NCBI GenBank assembly: GCA_036172245.1
Contig: JAYWIR010000027.1
Coordinates: 2,418,001 to 2,482,000 of the forward strand
Reading direction: 5' to 3'
Length of the DNA: 64,000 bases
From: Raillietiella orientalis
Taxonomy: Eukaryota
The first letter of the stretch is position 1. Each line of letters opens with the position of its first letter. Below, piece after piece: positions 38,593-52,875 of this stretch. A program made the position numbers and the translations under genes. The notes under the pieces are model-generated. The model did no database searches and was not told where the DNA came from. It saw only the letters and a list, made by a program, of their open reading frames with translations.

Positions 38593-41500
38593 TCAGTGAG
38601 GCTGAGGCTCCACGCGGTCGGCCGTGCGGACGTCGACGCCGCCGGCATCGAAGCGCACTTTGGGTGTCGAAGAGTCTGGAGCGCTCAGGAACTGCAAAGA
38701 GGGGGCGAGGGGAGGGAGGTCAAAGTGGTGCTTGGAGAACGGGAGGAGGGGGTCAGCTTGCCTGCAGCGCTCCCGGAGCCTCGTTCGCGTACCCCGGATT
38801 CTCGAAGGAAAATCCGGACGTTGAGGACGCCTGCACACCCCCGCAGCCTCGGCGTCGCTTCCTCCGGAAGTGGATGAGCACCGCACTGGCGGCTGACACG
38901 CAAAGGACGAATAGGGCGATCCCGATGACGGCCTCCAGTTGCTGCCCGGAGGTCACTGAAGAGGGGACGCCCGGAGGTCACTGGGGAGAGACGAGGAGGA
39001 AAGACCTTACCTCGACTTCCGGTCGTGTATGCCTCGAAACGGAGTGGCTCCGAGAGCGGACCGTTGCCCTCTCTGCTGGATGCCCTCACCTTGACCTCGT
39101 ACACCTCGCCCTTCTCCAGGCGGTGCTCAATCTTCAGAGACGTGTCGGAGGTGTCGTTCTTGGTGAGGTGCTTGTCCTTGGCAGCCTTCCAGTACACGCT
39201 GGAAGGAAGAGGGACGCTGGTCACTACGGAGGAAGCGACAGCCCCCTGCAGGCATGCGAGGAGAAATGGAAGAGCGGACGGTGGGGAGAGGGAGTGACTC
39301 CTTACTCTCCTCCTTCCTCCTCCCGCGAATTCCGGCGGCGGAGGAAGGAGGATGAGTGGGGACCGGGATCCAGGTTCCGGAGGTCTGGAAGCACTCGACG
39401 CCGGAGGCAAAGACCGCAGACCTGGACAGGCGACCTCCTAATCTTCTCGTAGAGAGACGCAGGAAAAGGTAGAGCAGTCCTTTCCTGAGGTCACCACGGC
39501 CCCACTGCGGAAGCGCATCGAAGAGGAAGACGGCATGCCATGGACCTGTGCCTTTCCTTGTCCCTTGCCCTTCCGGGGAGTTGCAGCTCATTTTTCCGGA
39601 AGTGTCGCCCCACCCCCTTCCCTGGCAAGAGAAGGCACTGACCTGTAGGAGGTGACGGCGTCGGGGTTCTTGAGGGGCGGGTCCCATTCCACTCTGACCA
39701 AGTCCTCGAATGCTGCGACCCGGACGTTCGTGGGAGGGCCGGGAACACCTGAAACAACACCCCGGGGTGACCGTTTGCTTGCAGAAGGGGGGGGAGGGGC
39801 AGGTAGGGTGGGAGTCTCCGCTGGGTGGGACCTGCCCGTCCCGAAGCTGGGGGAGAGAGTTCTGACAATTTCTCGGCCTCCTAGAGTGAAACCGAGCGAA
39901 CCAGGGGGCGGCACAGACAGGAGGAGAGTAGGTGGTCCCCTCGTTTTCCTCCCTCCCGCGTCCGTGTGCTTTCCTGTGCCCCGGAATCTCGGGTGGTGGT
40001 TGAGAGGTGCTCCGAGGACCGGGCATGAAGCGGACGGCGAGGTGGGAGGGGCAGGTGGCGCGCCTCTGCGGGCCCGGACCCAGGAAGAGGGTGGGGTTGC
40101 ATCCTTCCCTATCCTCGCAGTACCTCCTCCCCCCCCCCCCAAGTCCTGCTATCGGACCCTGCCAGTGCGCTCGGGAAGGCGAGGACAGGTCGCGTCACTC
40201 AAGCAGTTCCTCCTGCGACAGTGCCGCCGAAACACGCACCTACGACACCCGTAGGGGGAACCCCTGACCTGCAGCTGTGTTCAGAGGCGCCACCTGGGGT
40301 CTGGCCGGTGCGAGGAGGGACACGTGGGCGTACGAGCGCGGTGGTTCCTCGGTGTCGTGACCTGGTAGAGGCGCGACATGTGCCCGCAACTACCTTCCTC
40401 CCGGAGGGATGCATGCCGAAGTGAGGTGGAGGAGGAGGAGGAGGAGACGTCTGTTCCCGCTGACGTAACTCTCTGTCTCCCTACCGCACGAGGGAGGCCC
40501 GCTTCCTCTCTCGCTCAGTGTGGGCGGCGAAAGGCTCCGGAGCCGTTCCAAAAGGCACCAGATAGTCGTAAGAAGGCGGGCGTCTCGCGCCGGAAAGCGG
40601 GAGGATATCGGGTCTTCCTCGATCCGGGAACACTGCGAGGGAGGGTCGCAAAAGGGGTAGAGGAAGGCAACCTGACTTCCCTCCCTCCAGCTTGAGGAAG
40701 AGGGAAGGCGAGCAGGGTGGCACCCACTTACTTTTCTGCTCGTCGAAGCAGCTGAAGATCTGCTGCGCCCACGCGAGACCGCAGATCTGCACGTGGGCGA
40801 TAGGGACGCCGGCGCACCAGTCCAGGCACCGGCTGGGCACTCCCCACTGCCGGCAGCATCCCCGGTGGTCCACACCGTCTGAGGACGAAGAAAGGAAGAG
40901 AGATCGAGCTCGCCTTCCTCCTTCCCCCAACGTCCCGGGACTCACCCGCGGCGCACGACACGATCCTATCCACGCTGGCAAGACACTCCGGCTTCCTGAG
41001 GACGGACTCGAACCGCGACCGGGACATGCACGCCTCCAGGCATGGCATACTGACGTTGCCTTCCCGGCAGCACCTCTCCATGTCCTCGTCCGGCTGCTGG
41101 AAGAGAAGAGGAAGATGCACGGAAGGGAAGCGTTGGGGCACCTTTCCTTCCCCTTGGTCCCTCCTCACGGAGACCCTTCCCGTCCCTGCCCTCCTGCGTC
41201 AGCGGACGGGAGGCTCTTAGGGGCGAAAGGCCTTTTTTTCCCAAGCACGCCTCTGGCTCCCCCCACAGAGGGAGTCGTCTGGACCCATGGCTGCCATGAA
41301 GCAAGGAGGGGAGGGGGTGAGTGACCCCTTTCTGCCTAACCCCTGGCTCTCGGGCGCGCCCTCCCACGGCCCGGAAGGTGGAGGCAGGAAAGGAGCTGCA
41401 TTCTCGCCCCTTCGGCATCCCTCTTGCGGGAAGCGTCCCTTGGATCGGTCTCCAGGGGAACCCTGAACGAGGAATGTTGCGCGCCCTGTCTGGTTCTGTC

Positions 41501-44500
41501 CTTCCCATCCCGAAGGGGATGACTGCCCTTGGTTGCCCTGCCGTCAACAGGGCATGAGATGCCGAGAAGAAATGGGGATACCTGCGGGTGGAACAGCTGC
41601 ATTTTGTGGTTTCCAGGTGGGAGTGGTGATGGGGACTCGCCCTCGTGGAGGTCCATCGGACCTAAGGCTAGTCTAAGGACAGGTGTGCCGGAGAAGCAGC
41701 CCGCGGCGGGGGCGGGAGAGGCATGGAAGTACTCTCGTTCGGGCCGAGTCTGCTCCCGTTCCCGGAGGAGACCGGGAGGAGGTGCACGCACTCCGGAGAA
41801 AGAGGGGTGCCCCCCGTGACGGCCTACCAGTTGGCCCCTGCCGAACACGCTGCTTGTCTTTGCTCTAGGCCGGGGTTCCCTCCCCTGGCCGGGGGTCGCC
41901 CATCGCAAAGCCGCCTCGGAGAAAACCCGAAGGCCGCGGAGAGGGTGAGGGGGAAGGGAAGCGCTAACTTACGCCGCGGGCACGGAGCTTGACTTCCTGG
42001 ATCTTGGACGCTTTCCCGGCAAGGTTCTGGGCGTGGCAGATGTAGGTCCCGGCATCTCTCTCCGACAGGGCTGGGATCCTCAGCTTCGCCACGTTGATGC
42101 TCTCGGTCTGTAACGAAAAGAAGGGGATGGAGGACCCAGGACTGGAGAAAATGCTGTTGTTCCCTCTTCCGCTACTTCCGCTGAAGCGCGAGGTGGGAGG
42201 CTTCCCCGGTGCCGGGAAAAGGGCGGAAGAGACCACACCGTACCGTCTCCAGCGGGTTCGCGGCGAGAGGGGGAGGGGAAGGGAATCGCCGGCCACTCGC
42301 AGCTCGCCCACACCGCGACCGCGCCCCGTCGCGGGGCGCCATGGTCGCCTCTCCGCCGTGGTAGGGAACTCGGGAGACCCTACCTTTCCCTCCCACTTCC
42401 CTTCTCCCGATCGAAGAGGGAAGTGGTGAAGGAAGCACCGGGTGCACGATGCCAGCGCAGGAAAATCCCCTCCATCCACGGGAGGAGGGGATTGTGGAAG
42501 TACGGCGGATCCTAAGGCGAGCTTGCCGGGAGACAGTCGACGGTACGACTTTTCTTCGGACCACGAATGCGTCCCTACCCTCCCTCTGGTCCCCGAGGTG
42601 CACACTGCATTCGAGTTCTCCTTGGTCAGCGAAGCGGGATTCCCTCAGTTTTCAGGGTGTTTACTAGGACGAGGGCTCTCAGGAGGCCGGGAGCAGCGGA
42701 GCCGCTGGAGGCGGATGCGAGGAGCGGCGAGGGCACATCCTGCGCCACGCGCTAAGCTTTCCGCTCGGGGCCAGGAGAAAACCAAAGGTCAAAAAAAAAA
42801 CAAAAACCCACGAGGTAGAAGATGGACAGATTTCGCTCCCGGCACAAATCCGTCCGCCGCCGTTGCGGGCACTGTTTCCACGGTTACGGAGGAGGTCATC
42901 GCAACTGAAGGCACCGTCCTCTCTGCCATCATCATCGCGCCACCATAGATGGCGCGTCTCCGCTCCTGCGGCGGACGAAAGTCAGAGGTCCCGGCTTTCG
43001 CCTGTACCGCTCCGGCAGCTCCCGGGTTGCGTTTCGCACCAGTCCCGGGTAGGACCTGCAGCGGCACGCCCCACCGGCCCAATCCTTCGTTCCCGGGAAG
43101 GGGTCCCCTTCATCCGCAAGCCAAGAACGAGTTCTTTCTTCCTTCCTCTTTCCTACCCCGGGCGTCGAATGGACGGGGGGTCAGTAAACAAAATAACTGA
43201 GAATCGATGAGCAAGAAGGCCACGTCCCCGGCCAGGGGACTGTTCGGGGACGGTCTTCCGGGAGCAGGCGGATCTTCCCTGGGCGCGCGCAACCATACCC
43301 TCACAGTGCCAGCGAAGGTCCCGCGGGAGGGGTAAAGGGGAGCGGAAGGGAGCGCCATCGACTACCCTCCCAATTAGGAGGAGGAACAGGGGGAGCACTT
43401 CAGTGACAGTCACCTTCCTGTCGAACGTGACTTCCTGTTCGTCCCCGTCGGGCACAGAGACTTCCGGGCGGATGCCCCTCCACCACTTCACATCAGCCCT
43501 CGGGAAGGCGTCCACGTGGCACTGTAGTTCTAGGGGCTCGCCCACGTATCCGAAGTATGCGTCCGGGGCCGTGATGACCGGTGGATCTGCAAAGGAGGGC
43601 GTTGCATGGAGGGCGCGAGGTAGGGAGGTGGGGCCTCGCACGTGCCGGTCTGGACACTCCTGGGAGACCGCCGCACCACTGGGGACGGCGGTGGTGGGGA
43701 GGATGTCACCCGCGGGAGGAGGTGCCGGCCACCTCCTGTCGCGGGGACAGAGCGTCAGAGGCGCCTGGCGACGTTCCCTGGAGGCACGCCGGCACGCGAG
43801 GCGAAGCGCTCCCGACTTATGCGCGCACGCCCGGTGACCGCTCCCCACGCTCGCAGATGTCTCACAGCCAATGTCGACGACCCTGGTCATCTCCGAGGGT
43901 GCGCCGACCCCGTTGTCCGCGTAACACGTGAACTGGTTCATGGCGCGGGTGATATTCTCGACCTCGGTCACCAGATGGCTGGTGGACTTCTGGTTCATCA
44001 GCAACCCCGACACGTACAGGGAGACCCTGGGCAAGGGCGACCCGCTGGCGATGCACACCACCGTCACGTCGGATCCTTCCATGGGCACCTGACCATGGAA
44101 CTGGACGATGGGAGCCTGAGGACAAAAAGAGGGTGCTGTCAGTGTCAAAAAGGGGGCAGCTTCCCCATCCTTTCCATCCCCTCCAGGGTGACGCGGCTGC
44201 CTCGCTCCCGGAGAAAGGTTGAGATGGTCAGCGGCGCGCCCTCGGGGGAGGTCGACGAATAGCGGGACCACCTGCGCCTTCACGTCCGCCTCCTCGGAGA
44301 AACCTGCGTGCCTCGAGGGTGGCCCTGAGTCGGGATGCTGGGAGGAAAAGCCAGGAGTCTCCTCCGATGGGGTCTCCGAGGGGAGGCAGCGGCTGGGCGG
44401 TGCTCAGAGGACGGCAAGGGGAAGGCGGCAGGAAAGAGCACGGAGTGCCTCAGGCAGTACGCAAGCGCGCAAAGGAGTGAGGGAGTCGAGAGGAGGGAGA

Positions 44501-47500
44501 CGAAGAGAGTGGGGTACTGGCTGGTTCCTCTCTGCGAGAGGAACCAGCCTTGGGCGGTAGGTGCCGGGGGACGCTCGCAAGCGTCTTGGGCGCGGGGGGA
44601 AGGGGAGGCGAAACAAACGAACCCAGAGGACTCGAAGAGGCTTTCCCTGCACCCCCTTCTCCCCAGAGAGGATAAGCAACTTTCTCAAGCTGTCCACTCT
44701 CAAGAGTGGAGCAGGACCGCCGTGACCCTGGGTGGCGCCTCCCAGACGGAAGGGAGAGGGCGCGGGGAGACAGGAAGGGGAGCTCCCAGCTTGGAGGGTT
44801 CGTGGGCTCCGAAACTCGCGACGCTCCGGAACGGGAGGGAAAGTCCGGGTCGACGGTGGGCGGATTCCTAGCCAGAGGGAGAGAGCAGCCGATTTCCAGG
44901 AAGTCGCTGCAGGAGACGGCGGCCTCGAGAAAATGCGGAGGGTGCACAAGAGCCGCTCCTTTCCTCCTCCCCTTTCGCGCCTCTCCGAAAGGAAAGAGCC
45001 CTCCTCCTGTTCTCAGGGAAGTACATCGGTCGCCGCCATGACAAACGATGGCGGGATCGTCGTCATCGATGATGACGGCATCCGAGGAAAAGAAAGAGGA
45101 AGAAGAGGGGAGGGTAGCAAGTGATGATCTGTCTTCTCTGCAAGGTGGGGTTTGCGCGTGGTCACTGAGCCGCAGGTCGCTGGGAGATGCGTACGCCATG
45201 GGGTATCAGAAGCAAGGGGTGTCGCGAAGGCCCAATCCTCAGATAAGGGGGAGGGGGAGCTCCCGTGTGCGCACAGAAAGGTACATGATGAGAACGAAAT
45301 GGAAGGATGGGATTCGAAGATGAAAAACTGGTCCAGTGGGACCAGCCTCCCTCTCTCGTCCCTCCCCAGGGTGGCCAAGGACCCGGCCACGCTCGGAAGG
45401 GGGTGAGACGCAGATCCGCAATCTTCCGCGCGTCTCTACTCTCTGGGGGGCATCCCGTGGGTCAGTCGCTCACGGGGCGACTTACTTTTCACCCCCCCAA
45501 CCTTCCCCAACGGCGCGGGTGGCAGCTGTGGGCTACAGGCGAGGGACGGGGTCTGTAGCGCGGGTACCTCGACGAAGGCGGAGTAGGTCGCGTCCGTTAG
45601 GACGAGCACGGACTCGGACGGCCTGCTCTCCCCATGTCCCGCGACTGTGGTGGCGTAGAGGACGTAGTGTGCATTCGGCTGCAGCTGGTCGACGGTCACG
45701 GAGGTGTCGTTGGTCGTCACATGTTTCCAGGTCGTGTCGTTCAGCAGGCGGTAGTAGATCCTGGAACAAAACGGGCGGGCTCTCTGCTTCACTAGGTCCC
45801 CAGCCACATCCGAAGCCAAAGGGGTGCGAAGAGGGAGGAGGGAGGGAGGTCGACGGGGGATCCCTCCGCGGAGAGTCCTGAAGAGGTGCTCCTGCCTGCG
45901 CATCTGCCTGGTCGCCACACGCTCAGCCTTCCCGGTGGCCGAGGGCCCACCTGCCTTTCTTAATCTTTCGCTCTTTAAACTCCCGGATTTTTACGAACGA
46001 TAAGCGACCACAAAGGGAACGGAGGAGGAGGATAAGGAAGGGGGATGGGGATGGCGTTGAGGTGGAGAAAAGATAAGTACAAAGGGGAAGCAAAAAAGTA
46101 GAAGCGGGATAGGAAAAGGAAGAAAGATATGGTAGAGGAGAAACAGGAAGATCGAGGCATCCTCCTCTCATCTCGCGACCTCCTGAAGCTACTGCTGTTC
46201 CGGAAAAGCGTCTCCGAAACACCGGAAACGGGGAACGGCGAGCCACCGCTACAGGCAGGGCTCCCCTCCGTCCTACTCTAACCACATGCCGAGCGTTGGC
46301 GCGGCCAATTGCGTCCTCGCGAAAAGGCAATCTGATGCAGGGGGTGGTCCCTGGTCGTGGCGAGAAGTGACCAGCAGCTTCGGCGCGTCTCCCCACACGG
46401 AGAGAGAAAGGTCAGAAACCTCCCCTCCCGTACGGGGCACTTTGGTGCACAGCGAAGGCTCCCCATGTGCTCGTGTCCACGCCTGCATCTCCCTTCTGGG
46501 AGCTGGTCAAGAAGGCCGCGACGCGCGCATGTTGGGGGAGAGTGAAAGGCGACCCGCCGCGATTTTCACTTTCCGAAATGGTTCGCAGAGAACATCGAGA
46601 GAAACTTCTTCCATGCCTGTCGCCCCGCCCCCATCAAGAAAACAAGCAGCGGAAGGAAACGGGGAAAACCTTCCGCTGCATCCGAAAGCTCCGCTTTCGG
46701 ATGTTCCTCAGAGATGGCGAGCAGGGCATCGTTGCTCGTCATCCTACAAGGAACAGCCTTTTCTCCTCTAGGTACGACGAGGCACGCGCAGAGAAAACCG
46801 ATGGGAGCGCGGAGTCCCTCCAATGAGCCTCCTACCGGACCGGATGGGAGGGAGGCACCACACCGATGGGTAAGCAGGAGAGCGGATTGGGTGGTGGCTG
46901 CAGGAGGAAATTTCCTGCGGGCGAAGCCGACACGCCAATTCCCTTGGGCCTGCATCTCTCTCTCCTTTTCATTTTCCTCCCCCTTTTCCAGGGAAAAATG
47001 TCCTCCCTAGGGAGGGATGGGGAGACGTACCTGTAACGGAGGTGCTCCATGGGGTGCGATAGGTGAGCCGCGTTCCACGCGAGTGAGATCGAGTCATGGG
47101 ACTTGGCCGTGTGGCGTACGAAGGTCGGGGAGGACGGCACTCCCCGCTGGAGCACATCGCCTGGGGGCAAAAAGCGACGGCGAGGAGTGGGAAAGGGGGG
47201 AGGGAAGAGACAGAGTCTCGGGAAGGTGTCCCGGGTGTTGGAAAGAGTGGGGCAGCTCGATGGAGCTGGGAGGGGTGGTGGGACCCCCTTTCTTACTGGG
47301 TTCCGTGACGTTGATCGTCAGGATGGAGGACGGCAAGGACTCTCCGTGTTCGTTGGCCGCGACGACGAAAAACTCGTACAGTTGCCCGGTCTCCAGGTCT
47401 TTCGCCGTGGCGGACAGCTTATTTCCGGGGACCTTCAGCTGCTGCACCGGGAAAGCAAGGAGGGGGAGGGAGAAGATGAGACGCGCCGTGGGCACGGAGG

Positions 47501-50500
47501 AGGAAACTGACTGTCGCTCGCCTCGCGGGAAGCGCTGCTGCTCCTCCCGTTGGCACGCGATCGCCATCCGCTCCCCCCTCCCGTCCGGGCGTGTAGGGAG
47601 AACCACTGAGTCGTATTCCAAGCAGGCGACTTTCTCCCAGGAAAAGCGCGCAAGCGGTCCGGACGCTGTGGGCTGGATCTTTGTTCTTCGCCTTCCGCCG
47701 GATGGCAAGCTGCCGCCGGCGCCAGGGGACGCTCGCCCCTGAAGCTGCTGCCGGCCAGAGCGGCTCGAGAAGCAGCAGCAGCAGAAAGCAGAGAGGGCAG
47801 GAGGGATAGAGGCTGCCCAGCGTTGCAAGGCAACGCTGGTAGCTTCCGGGCTGCGGAAGTCGTGAAAGAGCAACCGCAGCCTCGCTCGGCACGAACCCGT
47901 AGTCGGCCCCGACTCCGAAAAGCTGGCGCACGTGGGTCCTCTTACCCTCCTCCCGGGGGTCTGCCTGGGGTGCCGCAGCCACCTGCCAGGGGACGAACCG
48001 GGTGCCTCATGTTTACCACAGGACGGAGACCGGGTCATCCCGGTTAGTGACCAGTGGGGAAATCGGTTCCCGCAAACTGACGTCTCAGTCTGCATGGATT
48101 CCAGGAATCCTTCAGCGTTGCAGCTTGGGCTAAGACTTGCGGCAGGGGGCAGGCAAAAACCTCGGGAAACTCCAGACCGCTCCAGGGTGAGGGCAGCTAC
48201 AGTCGGCTCCGTTGTGCCGTTGCCATGGTTTCGTGACCTCTGCTGCTCAAGGAAACCGCCTTGGACGGGCCCTTGAAGCATGGTCCCATTGGACCGCTGG
48301 CGGAAGGAGTGGACGGTGACATTCACCTCCTCTGTGGGAAGGGGGGAACCGGAATGCGAAGGGAAGGGAGGCAAAACCACGAGTTGAGGGAAAGAAAACG
48401 AGGGCGTCGCTGTAGGGACATATCCTACAGCTCCTAGGCTGCGAACATATCCTCCGCCTTTCCGGCGCGGGAGCTCTCAGGGGGCGGTGTTGCCACACCT
48501 TTGGTCCTGTCTGCGAGCACGAGGTCGTCCGGAGGCTGCGACCGAGCGGGAAGGAGCAATGGCGGCGCGGGAAAAGGGGCGGGAGGGGTCTCTCACTCAC
48601 GTTTTCCAGGCTTAGCCCGAGGTCCACGGTGCGGTTGACCTTCTGGTAGTGGACGACGAAGAACTTGGGCACGCTCTCGACCTTCCAGGACAGGGTGACG
48701 CTGTTGTTGCTCACCTGAGAGCCCCACAGCTCCTCGACCGGGCCCGGTATGAGACGCGTCCCTGGGATACTGGTCCGTGAGGTGAGCGGGCAGGAAAGGA
48801 CCGGGGGGGAGAGGCAGACCTTCTTCGAAGCACTGGATGATGCTGCCGATGAAACTCGCGCAGGTCCCGGCGCTGTGTGCACCGGCGGCTGCGCCCACGG
48901 AGCCGGCGCAGAAGGACAGACACGCCGGGTGCACCGCCCTCCTCTCGCAGCAGCTGCGGTGGTTCCTGCCGCCCGCACCGCACCGCAGCAGCCTGTGGAA
49001 GTCCCGGAAGCAAAGTGGCGCCAGCGTCTCCACGTCGGAGACGTTGACGTCGTAGCTGCACAGGGGCATGCAGCGGGCACCGACGCCGCTGACGAGGCAG
49101 CAGGTGGTCGTATTGTACGCCAGGGAGGTCGGTCTGGAGGGGGCGGCGTACGAGGAGGAGCGGGGGGAGCCGAGCGGGAGGACGGCGAGGGTGTGGAAGA
49201 TGATGGTGCTCGAGGGCTCGCCGACGCCGTGGGCGTTCACAGGGCTCACGTAGGCCTCATACCGGGTATTCGGGAGGAGGTCCTCGAGGATGTAGGGGCT
49301 GGACAGGGTCTGCACGTGCTGGAAGCCCAGGGGTTCTCCGGAGACCCGGTAGTGCAGGCGGTAGGCGCTGACTGTGTCCGCCAGCTGGACCGGCGGCCTC
49401 CACGTGAACAGCGCCATGTTCGTGGTCACGTGGTGCGCCGAGAAGTCGAGGGGTGAGCTGGGAAGCACCCCGTACCCTGACAGCAGGCAGCTCTGGTACG
49501 TGTCGATGTACGGGAGGCATCTGGAAAGGAGCGGACTTTCCCGGGAGCCATCTCCTATGACGGAGGCGGTGGAGAGGGCGTTCGGACCGCGGGGTGGGTG
49601 GAGTGCGCCTCTCGTGCGGCAGCGAACGCACAAGACTGCTGCCGCGCGGAGAGGAGGGGGGAAAGAGAGCGCGCGCGGCTGAGGAGGAGTCAGCGATACC
49701 GTGCCTTCCCTCCCTGTCTCCACGGCGACCCGGCGACGGGTATCTGACGGCGAGTTCGTCTGCCCGCTTGTGGACCTCTGCGCCCCCTCCGACCCGCGGC
49801 AGCGCCGCCCACACACCACTTTCCCCTCCTGGCGCTTCCCGCGAAGGGTGCCGATGGCGGATTGCAAGGATGCTCCCCCGAAGGATGGGGGGGCGGACGG
49901 ATCTGCGACTCTTCCGCACCCGGTCATCTCACCGCCCGCTGCCGGAGAAGCGTGCGCACTTCGTGTGCATCGATTCCCGGGGCGGCCGTTCCCGCCTCCT
50001 GCGCTTCGCCTTGGGGTCCGCCCCGAGGGTGTGTGTGTGCTCCCACGTACCGAAAGTGCCTCTGCTCGACCCGGGTCACGTTCCCTCTGCAGAAGTCCAG
50101 GCAGGTCTTGGGGATACCACGAGCCTTGCAACAGCAAGAATGGTCGATGCCGTTGGCCATGCAGGAAAAGAAGTCAGGCGCCCAGGGGGCGCATATCATG
50201 AGGTCAGTCACCGTGGTCGCCTCCGGAGCGACGGGGTCACAGAACTGGTCCAGACACTTCTTCTGGGTGATCCCGCGGGACTGGCAGCACGCGTGGACGT
50301 CAGGCAGCTCAGGGACGCTGGTGTTCTCGGGCAGCGCGCCGCTGCTTTTCATGGTAACCACCCGGACGCGGTAGGCGGGCAGGCTGGCGCCGTGAATGTT
50401 GACGGCCGCGGCGGTCACGTCGTACATGGTGAACGGCGTCAGCTGGTCGAAGACCACGTACTTGGAGACGGCGGGCACCTTGACCTCGACCCGGGAGGCG

Positions 50501-52645
50501 GAGGCGCCCAGACCCAGCAGATCCGGCTCGATCTCGGGCGTATCTGGGTCGTCGTACGAGTACAGCCGTTCCACCTTGACATCGTAGAAGTCCACCGGGG
50601 GCAAGTCTGCCAGGGGAAGGTCCCAGCTGGCGCGCAGAGACCGGTCTGACAGCACCTGCGCCCGAAAGTTCCGAGGGGGGCGTGGCAAGAGATCTGGAAA
50701 AACCGCCCGCACCCGGGCGCGACGGCGTGAGTGGTAGAAGTGTTGGGTGGTGACCCGCCTACGCGTGGCAGGGGAGGGAAGGAGGACGGTCCTTGGCCCC
50801 GTTCTTCAGTGACGCGAGGATGGAGACGGTTGTAGAGAAGAGTTCCGGAAGAGCAGGAGGCAGGAGACCAGCAGACTAGACTCCTCGCTCCACAAGTCCG
50901 CCTTGGGAGGCGATGGCGGCGGCGGCGGCAGGGTCTCCGAGAAGGAGCGGAGCGGCGAGAAGCCCAGTCTCCTCGTCCTCCTCTACTCTCCCCCGCCCAT
51001 GTTCTTTGCGCCCCTCTTCCGCGCCCATCGCGTTGGTTGCCTAGCCCTTTCCCCTGGCCCGACCAGGGCCGACGGTGGTCCGTTCCTCCTCCCCTCGCAT
51101 GGAATTCCAGCATCTCGGATGACAGCTGGACGCGTCCGGGTCGTAATATGCTCGACGGAGGCAGCAGGGAAGAAGGCGAGGCTTACCGAAGCCCATCCGG
51201 ATGCAGGAGAAGATGCGATCCATGTGAGCGATGCAGGAGAAGTGAGACTTCACAGTGTGGTTGAGGGGCACGTCGGCTCCCTGGCACAGGGGCAAGCAGA
51301 TGTCGGCCACGTCGTAGCTCTTACAGCAGGGCAGGTGGTTCCCCCCGTCTGAAAAGTCCCTCGAAGGGAGGCGACGTAAACTGTGGTGGAGGAGAAGGGG
51401 ACACCCACCGACGAGGCATCGGACGATGCTGGCCATGCTGGGCTCGCACATGAGGGCGTGTTCGCTGGAGAGTTGCTCGCGGCTCTGGTGGCGGAGGCTG
51501 CAGAAGGGCAGGCATGACGCGGTGACCCCGCTGCGGACGCAGCAGTCTCCGATAGCGGCTTGCTCCTGGTAGTCGCCCTCGTCGCCACCGTCCTCGCCCT
51601 CATCCTCGCGCTCGTCGTCGTCCTCTAGGCGGACGTCGCCAACGAAGTTGACCAGGTAGTAGCTGTCCTCATCGTCGCCGGCCACGTCCGCCGCCGCCGT
51701 AGGGGAGAGCACTGCTGGCCGCCAGGGTCGGGCGCGAATGATGAAGGAAGTGGGGGAGGATGGCGTCCCTCTCACCGTGCAGCTGGTGAAACGACCGCAG
51801 TGGTGGACCCATCGGCGAAGAGGAGGAGGACGAAGCGTTGGCCACGCACACGTACATCCCGGCGTCCTCCTCAGTGACGTTGCGGATCAGCAACATCCAC
51901 GAGTTCTCTGGAGGGTGAGGAGGGAGGGAGGATTGGGGTCTCAGCTGCTTCCCGCCCGACCCACACAAACCGCCAGCGGCCACGACCGAGAAGCGGGGGT
52001 CTATCGTCAGGATCTCCTCCCCCCGGGAGAGCGGCACCCGGCCGTCCCGCAGCCAGGCGACCTGCCGGCGGCTGAGGTCCCACACCGAGCACACCAGCAT
52101 GGCGTCCTCCCCTTTGAAGACCGTCTCGGGCACTTCCACAGGCACCCTCGTGATGCCTCCTCTGGAGACCCAGAGCATCTCCTTGCCCTTTACGGCTCCT
52201 AGAAGCAGAGGAAGGAGCAGCGGGAGGAGGATGGAGAACAGGGAGGGTGGTTCGCCGACAGCGCCGCCGTCGGCGATCGAGGTCGGGGCAGAGGAATCCG
52301 TCCATCTTTGTCTCCGTTTCCTTCTCTTCCCCCCTTCCCTGACCTCTGTGCCCTGCATTTCTTTCGCTTCTCGCGCAGTCCCGTCGCTTCACCCCCCTCC
52401 CCTCCCCAATTCGTCCCCATCCCCTGCTTTTTCCCCCCGCCCGCCAGCTTTTTTCTCTCCTCCTTCCCTCGGTGACCTCTGACCCCCCTCTCGGAGTTCC
52501 TACGAGGAAGCGCCTCCCCATCGGGGAGATCCGCCCTCTGCACTTCCTCCCTCAAGGGGAGGGTGCAGTAGAGGGCACCCCGCTTACCTTGCAACATGGG
52601 CGCGCAGGTCCCAAAGAGGGCCGTCAGCAAAAGGGAACGAAGCAT
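38593..52645 (-). CDS. Ig-like, fibronectin type III and DB-module domain type-I membrane protein (C. elegans IGDB-like family)
   Basis: Signal peptide exon 52645-52588 (MLRSLLLTALFGTCAPMLQG). Ig domain 52198-51971 + 51907-51776 (LVCSV...VAWLR...LLIRNVTEEDAGMYVC). Four Cys-rich DB modules of pattern CC..GV...C..C...G.NH..CC (51711-51409/51348-51187, 50693-50051/49520, 49520-48820, ~41093-40946/40878-40732). About five FN3 repeats (e.g. PRPPRNFRAQVLSDRSLRASW; YILEDLLPNTRYEAYVSPVNAHGVGEPS). Two more Ig domains (44115-43866; 43586-43414 + 42107-41973, ERDAGTYICHAQN). FN3 39748-39643 + 39198-39011. TM exon 38955-38762 (AVIGIALFVLCVSAASAVLIHF-RRKRRR, FENPGY). Probable last exon 38691-38593. Confidence 0.9.
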
Positions 52646-52875
52646 CACCTGAAAGAGAAGGGAGGCGGGGTGAGAGGGCGAGGTAGCGACCTTTTTTCCG
52701 AGGAGAATCCTCGGATAGCAGACACCTTGACCGGTTGCCTTCCTGAAGGGGCGGAAAACCACGGTAATCCTGGTGCTCTCGCTGCGGGCTGCTCGAGAGG
52801 GCGCAGGGAGTGCGGGCTGAGAAAGCGAAACGAGCGCTTCACGACAGCGCCCAGCAGAGGGAGAGAGATCTTTTC

